DNA of 64,000 nt from the human T2T-CHM13v2.0 reference genome, Homo sapiens: assembly GCF_009914755.1 (NCBI RefSeq), contig NC_060941.1; one strand, written 5' to 3'. The number at the start of each line of letters is the position of its first letter. Position 1 is the stretch's first letter. The translations under genes were made by a program, and so were the position numbers. This document shows positions 44,941 to 64,000 of the stretch, in pieces. The notes under the pieces are model-generated. The model made no database searches, was not told the origin of the DNA, and worked only from the letters and a program-made list of their open reading frames with translations.

Positions 44941-47900
44941 TTTCTTTGCCTAGATTTTCATAAGCCAGCTTATACCTACACACAGAAGTCTCAGTACCCA
45001 CCCACCACTACTGCTATACCTCCATAACCTTCTATGATGAAGGTTCTTCACACTTTAACTTGCTGCAAACATTATTGTTTCACAGGAAAATACGAATTTA
45101 GATAATACAGTTATCCCTGGCTTTCTCTACCAATTACTACACAGACTATGGTGTAAAATAAGGGGACAATTTAATGCTATGAAAGAAGGCTACACACATA
45201 CCCTCTCCACCTCAAATTCATTAACAGTGCTAATGGCCAGAACTGCTGGGACATCAGTCATGGCAGGGCCCCTTTGCCCCTTCTTAATCAGCCAGGAGGC
45301 AGAAATATTTTCAGTGCAATATAATAACCAAATGAAATCAGCAGTCAGGGGCCAAAATTCCCATCAGCCTCATCCGGACAAACCAAGGAACTGTGACAGG
45401 ATATGATGGAACTGAGAAGTCACCAAAGGAGGCTTAGGTTATGCTGAAAATTACATCTGGGAATACATTTTAAGTTTGATGATTAAACGAATGCCGCTTA
45501 CCTCTAATTTCTATTATCTAATTCTCCCATGAAGGTAAGCTGTCCAAAGTAAAGGACACATCCCATAATATACCTTTATCAACACTCTCATATACCCCAT
45601 TTCTGAAATTAACACAAGGAACTTATTAAGTGGCAAAAGGCTTGCTTGTGTATAATACATTGAGGATATACACAAACTCCCTAAATCAGTTGCAATTTTT
45701 GTTGAAGATTTGTAGCAGGCAGGGTGTGATGGATCTTGCCTGTAATCCTAAAACTCTGGATGGCTGAGGCAGGAGAATTGCTTTAGGCCAGGAGTTGGAG
45801 ACCAGCTTGGGCAACTTAGCAAGCTTAGCAAGACCTTGTCTCTACTAAAAACAAAACAAAAAATAAATAAAAATACAAAAATTAGTTGGGCATGGTAGCA
45901 TGCGTCTGGAGTTCTAGCTACTCAGAAGGCTGACGCAGAAGGGTCGCTTGAGTTCAGGAGTTCAAGGTTGCAGCGAGCTATGATTGCCACTGCACTCCAG
46001 CCTGGGTGACAGAGTGAGACCCTCTCTAAGAAAAAAAAAAGAAAGAAAGAAAAAAGAAAAGAAAAGAAAAAAGGAAAAAAAGATTTATAGCAAACTAAAA
46101 AAAAAAAAAAAATGAGATTCAGTACTTTGAGCCTGTGGAGAAGCCATAGGAAGGAAGACAGAGAAGAAAATTCTAGCAAAAACTGAACCAAACATTCATT
46201 TTTAAAACTTTCTACACAAGGAGCTTTAGTCTAGAAACATCTATTAAATAAAACAATGTGGATAAAATCACTCACCACAAAGTGAGGCAACTATTGAATT
46301 AAACAAGCAGGAAAACATTCTTTGAGAGTAATAATGCAACCCAGATCAAAGCAATCACTGAGGAACTACTGAAAGTCACCCATTAAAACTTAAAAAGACA
46401 AAGGGCAGCCATCTGATACAGTGATACAACAGCAGAATTCATCATTTAGGAAAGCTTAATTATCAATTATTTATGTCTGGCACTTGCTAGCCCTATTTTC
46501 CAAGTGCATAATTTATGGAGAGGGGAGGTACCTAGTTGCCTTAAGTAGAAGCAGCAATCTCAAATAATTTAAGTCATTTACTGATGAACTTCAGCAAGAT
46601 ATATTTTCTATGCATCAGGAATTATACATTTATCATATATTAGGTAAAATTGGAAAAGTTAAAGATGTTACACAGATGGATGGCTTGCCCAAATCATGAA
46701 AAAAGAAAGGGAGAGAAGAGAGTTTGATGTCTGGAATTGTCTAGGTTGACCTCAGTGTGGGACCACTGAGTTTCCAGTACCTGTGAGATCTCAGGGGAGG
46801 GATCTGGGGCAGTAAAAATCCATGGATGATTGGCTTAGAGGTGGCCATGATTGAACCTAGCGAGAGAGGACCCCTAATGATTTGGGGGCTAAAGAGTTAA
46901 AGCAGGCAACAGGGTTCGATTAGAAATGCCCTTTTATGCCATAATATTAAAAGAAAAGAAATGACCACAAAAGATGTGTAGAGCTAATTGTAGTTTTGCC
47001 TTGCATTAAAATCAAGAATAGTCTGGGTGTGGTGGCTCACACCTGTAATCCTAGCACTTTGGGAGGCCAAGGTGAGAGGATCACTTGAGCCCAGGAGCTC
47101 AAGACCAGCCTAGGCAACATGGTGAGGCTCTGTCTCTGTATATTTAAAAATAATAATAATAATAATACTATGGTATATTCAGTCAGTAGAGTATTATGAA
47201 GCCTTTCAAAGTGGTGTTGTAAATCTATATCTACTGACATTAAAAATGTTCACAATATATTATAATTAGACCCTTGTCTCGACAAAAAATTAAAAAATTA
47301 GCTGGGTATGATGGCCCAAGCCTGTGGTCCCAGCTACTCAATAGGCTGAGGTGGGAGGATCACTTGAGCCCAGGAGGTCAGGCCTGCAGTGAGCCATGAC
47401 TGCGCCATTACATTCCAGTCTGGGTAAAAGAGCAAGACCCTGTGTCAAAAAAAAACAAAAACAAAAACAAAAAACAAACAAACAAACAAAAAACCCCATA
47501 AAAGCTATATAAGCTGTATACTTATAACTGGGAATGATTTTCTCAAAATTACAAAGTTGGCAAAATTGTTCTTACTTTTACTTAAAATTAGCTTGAACAC
47601 CTGTTCAATCACTCAATAATTCTTTAGCAATATTAATTTCTAAACTTTTGGTTATTAAGGGGAAGACGCATAAAATGTGCAAGATTGTATGAATTAAAAA
47701 GAGCTCCCCAAACCTTCATCTATTTTTTGTTTGTTTTTGTTTTTCTGTAGAGATGGAGTTTCACCATGTTGGCCAGGCTGGTCTCAAACTCCTGGGTCAA
47801 GAGACCTGCCCGCCTCAGCCTCCCAAAGTGTTGGGATTACAGGTGTGAGCCACCGAGCCCAGCCATCCTCATCTGTTAAAAGGAAAAATAAATTTACTTA

Positions 47901-48429
47901 TTGGTATTTCATTTTACAACCAAAAATTTGCTTTTTCCTTTCTTTGAAATGAACCCCTCTAGCAGCTTGCTTTCATTTAGACAAATGAGAAAAGCAAATC
48001 AGCCTTTTTCAGACTGAATAAAGCTTTCTACTTGCTCAGTCTTTCTAGAGGGACAAATTGGTGCACAGCTATGTATAGCTACTAGATCATCAGATACCAA
48101 CACCAAACACATCAACAGTCCCCAAACAAGATGACTTTTAGACAGCTTATGCATATTTTTACTTCTTAACACAATGAACTGTGCTTCAAAATCAGTGGTG
48201 GGGGAAAAGAACTCTACTAAAGTACTTCTTTGCCTATTTGTTACCAGGAGAAACACGTCACTCACAGATAAACTGCAGAACTCAACTAAAATACACCCTT
48301 GCCTATTTGCTAACGGGAAAAAAACATATGTCACTAGTAGATAAACTTCGAGTGTTTCATTATTAGTGAGCTATAATTTATTAATCAAAACTCATATTCA
48401 GAATTCTTTGCAGGCTTTAAAAAGTCACA

Positions 48430-53030
<4,601 letters not shown>

Positions 53031-53445
53031 ATCACATGGGGAGGAAGAATTTGGCACAGTCAGGTTATAATGCTGTCATTTGAATTTTTATTTTAACTTC
53101 CAAGCATGTATCGTAAGCAAGATACAGAACTTTACCAAAATTATCCCTGATTTTCATCTGTAAGATATTCTCTTACGTCCATTTTTCAGTTGAGGAAACT
53201 AAGGATTAGAAGAGTTCAGTGACTCACACAACGTCCCACAGTTAAGAAACAGCAGAGACCGAGAGATGCAAGGTTTGAACCGAAGGTCTGGCTAACTCCA
53301 CATCTCAACCCTGCACCTGTCTCTCCATCTGACAGTGGCAAAGAATAGCATGTGTGTGAGAGAAATGAAATCAAACAACTGTGTGTGTGTGTAAATGTAA
53401 TGTCTATTATTTCATATATATGTGGAAGACGAGCCAAATGTTTAA

Positions 53446-53625
<180 letters not shown>

Positions 53626-53728
53626 TAGTAGAGACGGGGTTTCACCGTGTTAGCCAGGATGGTTTTGATCTCCTGACCTCGTGATCCGCCCACCTGGGCC
53701 TCCCAAAGTGCTGGGATTACAGGGGTGA

Positions 53729-54091
<363 letters not shown>

Positions 54092-55169
54092 TAATAGGAA
54101 AAAAGAAAGAGGGATAATGAATTGATGATAAAATGCTTAACCATATAAAACCCAAATTTTTTTCTTTCTGACAAACAGGAATTGTAAATCAAACCCCTTA
54201 GTCTCAAAAACATTTTGTTTTCCACATAAACGTTAAATATTGTGTTTTACATATCTAGTGGAAGAACCACTAAGTTCAACGTACAGCCTCCCTGTTCAGA
54301 ATAAAATATGGAATATAATGAAACAAAAAACCAAACAGACTGCACTGCCCAACTTTATATTTTTGGAAACAAAAGCAAAATAACTCTGAACCTCAGTAAA
54401 AAATGTTAGAACATGCAGTGTTTTCAACACATACACAATTCATATACAACTTTGCAGAGCACCATCAGAAAGAAGTAAGTATAATAACACAGGGCAAGGC
54501 CCACACTGGCCAGAGCAGCTCCAGACACTACTCCTTAACATCTGACTTTATCTTAGTCACTATCAGCACTTTCTGGCTCTACAAGAACTCAGGGCAATGC
54601 AAAGGGAACTTGCATTACACTGAGGGAGCCCTACCCTATCAATGGCAATTTTTGAAGCGAAAGCCCAAAATCAATAAATTGACTTCAACAAAGGAAAATC
54701 AACTATTTGTTCCTTATAATGTGAACAAAAAAGAAAAATCTCATTTAAAATTCATTGTATTAAATAATTTGCCTAATCATTTTGAATTTAAGTTTTTGGG
54801 ACATATTCCTAATACCACAGTGAAATTAAATATTGAGCAATGGGTTCCCTAAATTATGTCTGCCTCAATAAGATATTGTGACATTTGTTAGCAAACCACT
54901 ATGAATTATAACAACATATAATAAAGGACAATTAAACCCATTTTCTATTCTTCTACAATTCTATGGGAATCTATAGGCTATGGGAATCCTAGTAAATTTT
55001 CATATATTTGAAAAAATCTTCATCTACATGACATTTCAATAACAATAAGCTTTAGATCACAAAAATAAGAAGAAAACTAGAAAACTGCAAACACCTCTAA
55101 ATATTCAGCTCAATTCTATAATGCTACAGTGCTGCTTTTGTTCTTCATTTTTAAGTTTTCCCCCTAGAG

Positions 55170-55409
55170 CAAGGGTGCCTAATCTTTTGACTTCCCTTGG
55201 CCACACTGGAAAAAGAAGAATGGTCTTACGCCACACTTGAAATACACTAACACTACTGATAGCTGATAAGCTTTAAAAAAAAAAAAGAAAGAAACTGCAA
55301 AAAAACTCATAATGTTTTAAGAAAGTTTACTAATTTGTGTTGCGCTGCATTCAAAGCCATCCTGGGCCACATGTAGCCCAGCCCATGGGGCGTGGGTTGT
55401 ACAAACTTG
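55170..55409. mobile_element. MER30 hAT-Charlie MITE, copy 2 (opposite orientation to copy 1)
   Basis: Termini CAAGGGTGCCTAA...TTGTACAAACTTG; 8-bp TSD CCCTAGAG (55162-55169, 55410-55417); reverse-complement similarity to copy 1. Confidence 0.88.
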
Positions 55410-55443
55410 CCCTAGAGCATATTTTTAATTATTTAAAAAATTA

Positions 55444-55818
<375 letters not shown>

Positions 55819-56305
55819 TCACTTGAGCCCAGGAGTTCAAACCAGCCTGGGCAACATAGCAAGACTCCATCTCCACAAAAAGAAAAAGAAATAGAAATAC
55901 ACAATACATGTCCTTTGCCAAAAAAATTAGTATATATAAGTTAATAATTTAAAATTTAACCCTACTCCATAAGAAGTAACTCCACTATTCACAATTGGGT
56001 GTGGCCTTCCAGATTTTTTTATACATATACAAATATGTCCAGGTCTTCCTGTTCTATTATTTTTTTTAATTGAATGGACTATTTGAATGCACATATTGTC
56101 TGCATAATTGAATGCACATATTGATCTGCAAGTTGCTTTCACCTAATATACTGTAGGCATCTATGTCTGTATTTATGGCATGACCTCATTGTTTTTAGTG
56201 GCCAAATAATATGTATTTTTTTCCCTACAAAATAATTTATTGGAACACACAGCTACAGCAGACACTCTATGTACAAGCACGTTGACACTCCTGACCTACC
56301 CTCAA

Positions 56306-57361
56306 CTAGGGGACCCTTTTCTTCCCCCTTGCCTTGCGGACCTCTTCTATCAAATCTTTCAGGTACTGGATCTCCTTGGCCAGGGAATCTGCCCTCTCTT
56401 TTAGAGCCTCGTTCTTCTTTTCCAGCTCTTTGCACTCGCCAGTGAGAGCCTCCTGCTCCGCCCTCTTCTTCTGGCGGTACCTAGTGGCTGCTGTCTTGTT
56501 TTGCTCCATTTTTTTCAGCTTCTTATCCAGTTTCTCACCCTTTACTTTTGCTGCTACCATCTTCTCTCCAGGAGGATCGTAAGGTTTGGGGTGGGCAGAC
56601 CCACAGAGAACACCTGGAGATGGGAGGCTCCTATTTGGAGAGCCCCTGGTAGAGGGGCTATGCTGAGGAGACCCCAGATAGGACTCTGGGCTCATACAGA
56701 TGCCACTATCATTATCTGAAGGGGTGTCTTCCTCCTTTATGCACTGAGGGATCATGGCAACGTAAGCAGTGGAGTCCGGCTTCCTATCTTCTTCAGTGAT
56801 ATCCACTTCACTGCCCAGCTCTAAACTAAAGGAATGATCTGGAGTGGAGGACTGGACCCCTGGGGAAAGGGGAAGAAGTTGCAAGAAGGTGAAGGGGGCA
56901 ACCTGGTCGGGTTTTGTTAAACTTTCTGGGAGATGGCCAATTGGGTTCACCATCTGGGGGGGCACCTTATTAGTCTCCTGGACTAGGGGGGCAAAGAGAT
57001 TACAAGTGTCATCCAACGTGGTCAAAAGGTCATCTGGCATGGTTTCCAGGTCATCTATACCCAACAGGGCACCAAAGTCGAACTCCTTCAAATCCATTTT
57101 CTCCAACATCCAATGTGTCCCAGAGAAGGCATCCTCCTTGCTGTTGTTGGAGGGACTGACCAACCCATCCACAGTCAGCCATTCGGAGGAGCCCGCCTTA
57201 GCCTTGTCGCTGGAGAACCCATGAGGTTTGAAGTGCTTGGCCACCTCCACGTAGTCATCTAAGAGACCTATGCTTTCTTCAGCCCCCAAACCCGACTGGT
57301 CGAAGGGGGACATCAAGTCCCCCACCAACACCTCGTTGCTCAGGAAGCTCATTTCGGTCAT
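56306..57361 (-). CDS. ATF4P3: Intact 351-aa ATF4-like bZIP ORF within the retrocopy (expression unknown)
   Basis: ORF track 351 aa, same length as ATF4; DSGICMS beta-TrCP degron, basic region KKMEQNKTAATRYRQKKR and leucine zipper all present; about 15 aa differences from recalled human ATF4. Confidence reflects uncertainty that it is translated. Confidence 0.55.
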   Translation of the reverse strand: MTEMSFLSNEVLVGDLMSPFDQSGLGAEESIGLLDDYVEVAKHFKPHGFSSDKAKAGSSEWLTVDGLVSPSNNSKEDAFSGTHWMLEKMDLKEFDFGALLGIDDLETMPDDLLTTLDDTCNLFAPLVQETNKVPPQMVNPIGHLPESLTKPDQVAPFTFLQLLPLSPGVQSSTPDHSFSLELGSEVDITEEDRKPDSTAYVAMIPQCIKEEDTPSDNDSGICMSPESYLGSPQHSPSTRGSPNRSLPSPGVLCGSAHPKPYDPPGEKMVAAKVKGEKLDKKLKKMEQNKTAATRYRQKKRAEQEALTGECKELEKKNEALKERADSLAKEIQYLKDLIEEVRKARGKKRVP

Positions 57362-57458
57362 GTTGCGGTGCTTTGCTGGAATCGAGTAATGTGCTTAATT
57401 CGAAGGTGTCTTTGTCGGTTACAGCAATGCTGCTGCTGAATGCCGTGGGAAGCGCCAT
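57279..57458 (-). promoter_or_regulatory. ATF4-type inhibitory uORF2 (59 aa) overlapping the main ORF out of frame
   Basis: ATG at 57458, 97 nt upstream of main ATG, open for 59 codons ([59 protein letters not shown]), ends 83 nt inside the main ORF. Confidence 0.9.
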
Positions 57459-57545
57459 GGCTTAAGCCGCTGGGGGGTGCCGCTGCAGAGCCTGGTGCTG
57501 CTGCCGCCGCTGCAAAGGCCAATGCTGCCGCAGGCACTGCTGCCC

Positions 57546-57557
57546 CTAATATGCCAT
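57546..57557 (-). promoter_or_regulatory. ATF4-type uORF1 (M-A-Y-stop)
   Basis: Minus strand GCCACC ATG GCA TAT TAG with strong Kozak context. Confidence 0.9.
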
Positions 57558-57613
57558 GGTGGCCGTGGACCCTGAGGGCGGGGAGGAGGGAAGGCGTGCA
57601 CGTGCGGAAAAAA

Positions 57614-57619
57614 CTACAT
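57614..57619 (-). promoter_or_regulatory. Start-stop element (ATG TAG) of the ATF4 5' leader
   Basis: Minus strand CAG ATG TAG TTT, as in the recalled human ATF4 leader. Confidence 0.75.
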
Positions 57620-58321
57620 CTGTGGGCAGGCAAAGTAGAAATGCCAAATAATATTAATAACCTCTTTTTTTGTTTTTTTTTTTTTTTGAGACGGGAGTCT
57701 CACTCTTGTCGCCTAGGCTGGAGTGCAATGAATGACACGATCTTGGCTCACTGCAACCTCTGCTTCCTGGGTTCAAGAGATTCTCCTGCCTCAGCCTCCC
57801 AAGTATCTGGGACTACAGGCACCTGCCACCACACTCAGCTAATTTTTGTATTTTTAGTAGAGACAGGGTTTTACCATGTTGGCCAGGCTGGTCTTGAACT
57901 CCTGACCTCAGGTGATCCGCCCACCTCAGCTTCCCAAACTGCTGGGATTACAGGCGTGAGTCACTGCGCCTGGCCTATAATCTCTTCAGAGGACTGACTC
58001 TATAACAGCACTGTACTAGCAAGTACTACACGGGTTATTCTTCACAACCCTTTGAAGATGTTGCTATTTTCTTTTCATTTTATAGAAGAGGAAACTAATG
58101 CACAGAGGTTAAATAATCTGTCCAAGGTCACACAGATAGTAAGAGGTAGTGGCCCGGCATGGTGGCTCACGCCTGTAATCCCAGCAGTTTGGGAGGCCGA
58201 GGTGGGCGGATCACCTGAGGTCGAGAGTTGGAGACCAGCCTGACCAACATGGAGAAACCCTGTCTCTACCAAAAATACAAAATTAGCCGGGCGTGGTGAT
58301 GCAGGCCTGTAGTCCCAGCTA

Positions 58322-58441
<120 letters not shown>

Positions 58442-59258
58442 TTAAAAAAAGAGGTAGTGTCAGGTCCCCAAATCTAGCTATATTTATTCCAGAACCTGTG
58501 CTCTTAACCATTATAATGTATTCCCATTGAATGTCCAGATTTAATTAACTGTTTCCCTACTGATAAACATTCTCTTTACAGTTTATGTTGCTTCCTGTTT
58601 TTTACAAATGGAATTCATAGATGTAGACTTTGTGGGGTTTTTTTCTAAAAAGAAATAAAAAAAACCATTTATGGAATATTCCATTTCCCCCCACTAATTT
58701 AAATTCTATTCTTATGCTAAATATACTTAGATCTGGACTCTTCTATTCTGGACCAGTACAACACAGACTGAACAACGGTAGCTTCACAGCATTTAGAGAA
58801 AGGCACACATCAATGCGTCTAAAACCCTTCCCACATTCTCAAGTCCCAACCCCAACCCTGTACCCTTCTTCCTTGTGGTGCTCTCAGAACCCTTATGCAT
58901 TACAATAGTTTCAACACCTAACAACTTCCCCATATTTCTACCCATACTTTCTTCCAGTCTCAAGGAGGCATTCCTCCTTTCCAAGGTTAACTTCTTCACC
59001 TGAGTTCTCATTCCCAACTGCCTCTACCTCACCTGAGACCACATCTGTAACCATCCTTCTTGTTTAACACTTGCGTTCCTCTCTCTCCACTGGCTTCTTA
59101 CTTACCTCATCCTACAAGCATATACTGGTCTCCCCAACTCAAATAACAAATACCAAAAAAGTTCCATCTGCCATGTCTTACTAACCAGTCACTTGGGCTG
59201 GGCACAGTGGCTCACACCTGTAATCCCAGCACTTTGGGAGGCTGAGGCAGATGAATCA

Positions 59259-59513
<255 letters not shown>

Positions 59514-61175
59514 TCACCCACCCACTCACCCATCCATCGATTCATCCTGTCCTTTCACACCACACATCCAGTAATTCCTCAAATATTTACAATAGTTTCC
59601 ACCCCTCTACTAAAACTGTTCTCTGGAACACCAACCAAACCAAGTCTTGTCTCACACTTCATTTACCTCTGCAGAATTCAACACTCATTTCTGAGGCTCT
59701 CTTTCCTCAAAACCCTGGATAGTTTGTGTCTCTTCTGCCTCTCACTTGTTTCACTTTTCACCATACAGATGGACATATCTTAAGGGTTCAGCCCTCTCCT
59801 CTTCCTTCACACTTTCTCTCTTCTTCACAGAATCGAAGCAAAGGTTTTGACTTACAAGAGAGCTGGATTTTATCCTGATGCTGCTGCCTATCAGCTTTGT
59901 GACCCAGGACAAATTATTTAAACTTTTTGAGCTTTGGTTTATTTGTAAAATAGAGACAATAATACTTCTTTCAACAGATTATTGTTGAGATCAAGTAAGA
60001 TCACATGTGTATAGAAGCTGGCTAAGCCCAGTGGGCAACTGATAAATTTTGGCTTCTCCCTTCCCATACTCAACTCCCAAACCTTTGTCTCTGATCTTCA
60101 GCATTTCAGTCCAAATCTTCAATCACCTGCCATATCTTTTCATCCAGATAGCCCATCTTTGCCTCAAACTCAATAACCTTTTCTTCTGGAAGGAGGAGGA
60201 ATCAAGGGCACTTTATCTGAAGAGCTGGCACCAGAACTCCTCTTAGGGAAGGCACTATCTTTTTGGAGGATGCACCTTAATGAGCTACTTAGAATGGAGA
60301 GTGGCACACTAAGGGTACGTATGGGTGCTTCTGTTGCTCCTTGATGGAACCTAAACTGCTTGTAATTTGTTTTTCTTCTAAGATATAAGAGTGAAGAGTC
60401 AAAAAAAGAAAAAAAGGAAAGATAAGAGGAAGGAGACATTAGGACAAAGAAAGGCTGGGGTTGGAGAACTTAAAGAGTCAGTAAAACTTTAAAGTACTGT
60501 TTAGGGTAACCATGCTTATGACTCCTCTGGAGTTGTGTGCATTTCTATAAGGTACACCCCAACTCATCATTCCCCACAAATCATTAGTAAAATCCATATT
60601 CTGAATATATCATGTGAATGGATTTTTTTGGAGAAACTGAAGAATGGACTGATGTCTCATCTGCAGTGGGGCAAAGACAGCAAACTGGATCATGGGAGTC
60701 AAAATGATCATAATGTGAGTCCTTTGGCAATCCACAGAAACCTTTGAGGGGGCATTAAAATCCTCTATTCTGTGGTTTTGGGAAATAAGTGGGTTTCTGT
60801 CTAATTTCCCCGGATCTTGAGGCAAAGTAAAGCAACCAGCCGACATTTAGGACTCACTTCAAAAGCAGTTTCTGCTCCAGAATTCCAATTTCTGTCAATG
60901 GTATCTCACTTCTCTGGTCACCCAGGCTAAAAATGTCAGTCATCAAAGAAACAAAAACACTGAACATGTGCTCTATGCAAAGCATCCTGAGTCAAGACCT
61001 TAGCCTTTTCCAAGTTCAATTACAATGGGTTATCTTCTAAGAGTTTCCTACCAAATCTCTCTGCTTCCAGTCTCTCCTCCCAATCACTCATATTTCTTAA
61101 AAGGAGATACTGAGCCGGGCATGGTGGCTCACACCTATAATCCCAGCATTTTGGGAGGCTGAGGTGGGTGGATCA

Positions 61176-61475
<300 letters not shown>

Positions 61476-61632
61476 TTAAAAGATTTAATCTTTTTTTTTT
61501 TTTCTTTTTTAAAGTTAGGGTCTCACTCTATCACTCAGGCTAGAGTGCAGTGACCAGATCATAGTCCACTGCAGCCTTGACCTCCTGGGCTGAGGCGATC
61601 CTCTTGTTTGTGCCTTCTGAGTAGCTGGGACT

Positions 61633-61997
61633 ACCTCTGCCTCCTGGGTTCAAGTGATTCTCCTGTCTCAGCCTCCCAAGCAGCTGTGACTACAGGCACC
61701 GGCCACAACGCCCAGCTAATTTTTTGTATTTTTAGCAGAGACAGGGTTTCACCGTGTTAGCCAGGATGGTCTCGATCTCCTGACCTCATGATCCGCCCGC
61801 CTCGGCCTCCCAAAGTGCTCAGATTACAGGCGTGAGCCACCGTGCCCGGCCTCTTGCACATTTTTTAATTGGGTGGTTTGTCTCTATAATATTGAGTTGT
61901 AAGAGTTCTTAATATTGATACACATCCTTTATGTGATTTGCAAATATTTTCTTTCAGAAAGTGGCTTGTCTTCTCAACTTTTTACTGTCTTTTGAGG
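61633..61997 (+). repeat. 365-bp dispersed duplicate of 63556-63920 (part Alu + L1)
   Basis: Same length, about 16 mismatches by eye, spans an Alu/L1 junction. Confidence 0.92.
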
Positions 61998-62309
61998 CCC
62001 ACCACCATGCCTGGCTAATTTTTAAAATTTTTTGTAGAGATGAGATCTCACCACGTTGACTGGGCTGGTCTCAAACTCCTAACCTCAGGTGATCTTCTGG
62101 CCTTGGCCTCCCAAAGTGGAAGGATTGCTTGAGCCCAGGAGTAGAAGATCAGCCTGGGTAATATAGTGAGACCCCATCTCCACTTATTTAAAAAAGAAAA
62201 AAAAAAGTCTACCTTCAATGCCTTTTGCTACCAAGAACCCCACCCTTTCAATCATCAAGCTCTTGTCTTTATTTTATCCAAAAGGCACAAACCCCTCTGT
62301 GCTGTTATT

Positions 62310-64000
<1,691 letters not shown>

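Larger units (their letters stand above)
56213..57642 (-). pseudogene. ATF4P3: Processed ATF4 retrocopy (5'UTR + intact ORF + 3'UTR + short A tail)
   Basis: Intronless copy of ATF4 mRNA from 5'UTR (ATTTCTACTTTGCC...) to 3'UTR with AATAAA (56236-56241) and residual A8; flanked by direct repeat GCCAAATAATAT at 56201-56212 and 57643-57654. Symbol from memory of the ATF4 copy inside RNF157. Confidence 0.93.

Noticed and set aside
54403-54852. 149-aa plus-strand ORF
   Set aside because: AT-rich, no recognisable domain or splice context; chance ORF.
56083-56130. 25-nt tandem duplication TTGAATGCACATATTG(A)TCTGCA next to the retrocopy
   Set aside because: Simple slippage duplication in old L1 sequence, outside the TSD.
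56306-57361. Calling this the true ATF4 gene
   Set aside because: No introns, TSD and A tail present, about 15 aa differences, located in an RNF157 intron.
56334-57997. Plus-strand ORFs over the ATF4 copy
   Set aside because: Antisense shadows of a coding sequence, one running into an Alu.

Overview
Primate (most likely human) genomic DNA, very Alu-rich (roughly 65-70 Alu copies or fragments by eye). The whole window lies inside the minus-strand E3 ubiquitin ligase gene RNF157: coding exon 2 (42920-43038) and exon 3 (4245-4333) are present with canonical splice sites, separated by a 38.6 kb intron; exon 1 and exons 4 onward lie outside the window. Intron 1 carries a near full-length processed ATF4 retrocopy (ATF4P3-like, 56213-57642) in the same orientation as the host. 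It has an uninterrupted 351-aa ORF, the complete ATF4 uORF control region, a polyA signal and a 12-bp target-site duplication, and is the most interesting object here. Intron 2 carries a decayed ATP5MG (ATP synthase subunit g) processed pseudogene. The rest is Alu, old L1/L2/MIR, LTRs (MER52-, MER66-, LTR16-, MER21-like), hAT MITEs (MER30 x2, MER5A) and microsatellites, plus several local rearrangement scars (a 365-bp templated insertion, a fold-back Alu hairpin, an AT-rich palindrome, serial Alu insertion at one target site). Gene and repeat family names come from recalled sequences, not database searches; repeat boundaries are approximate unless a TSD is quoted.
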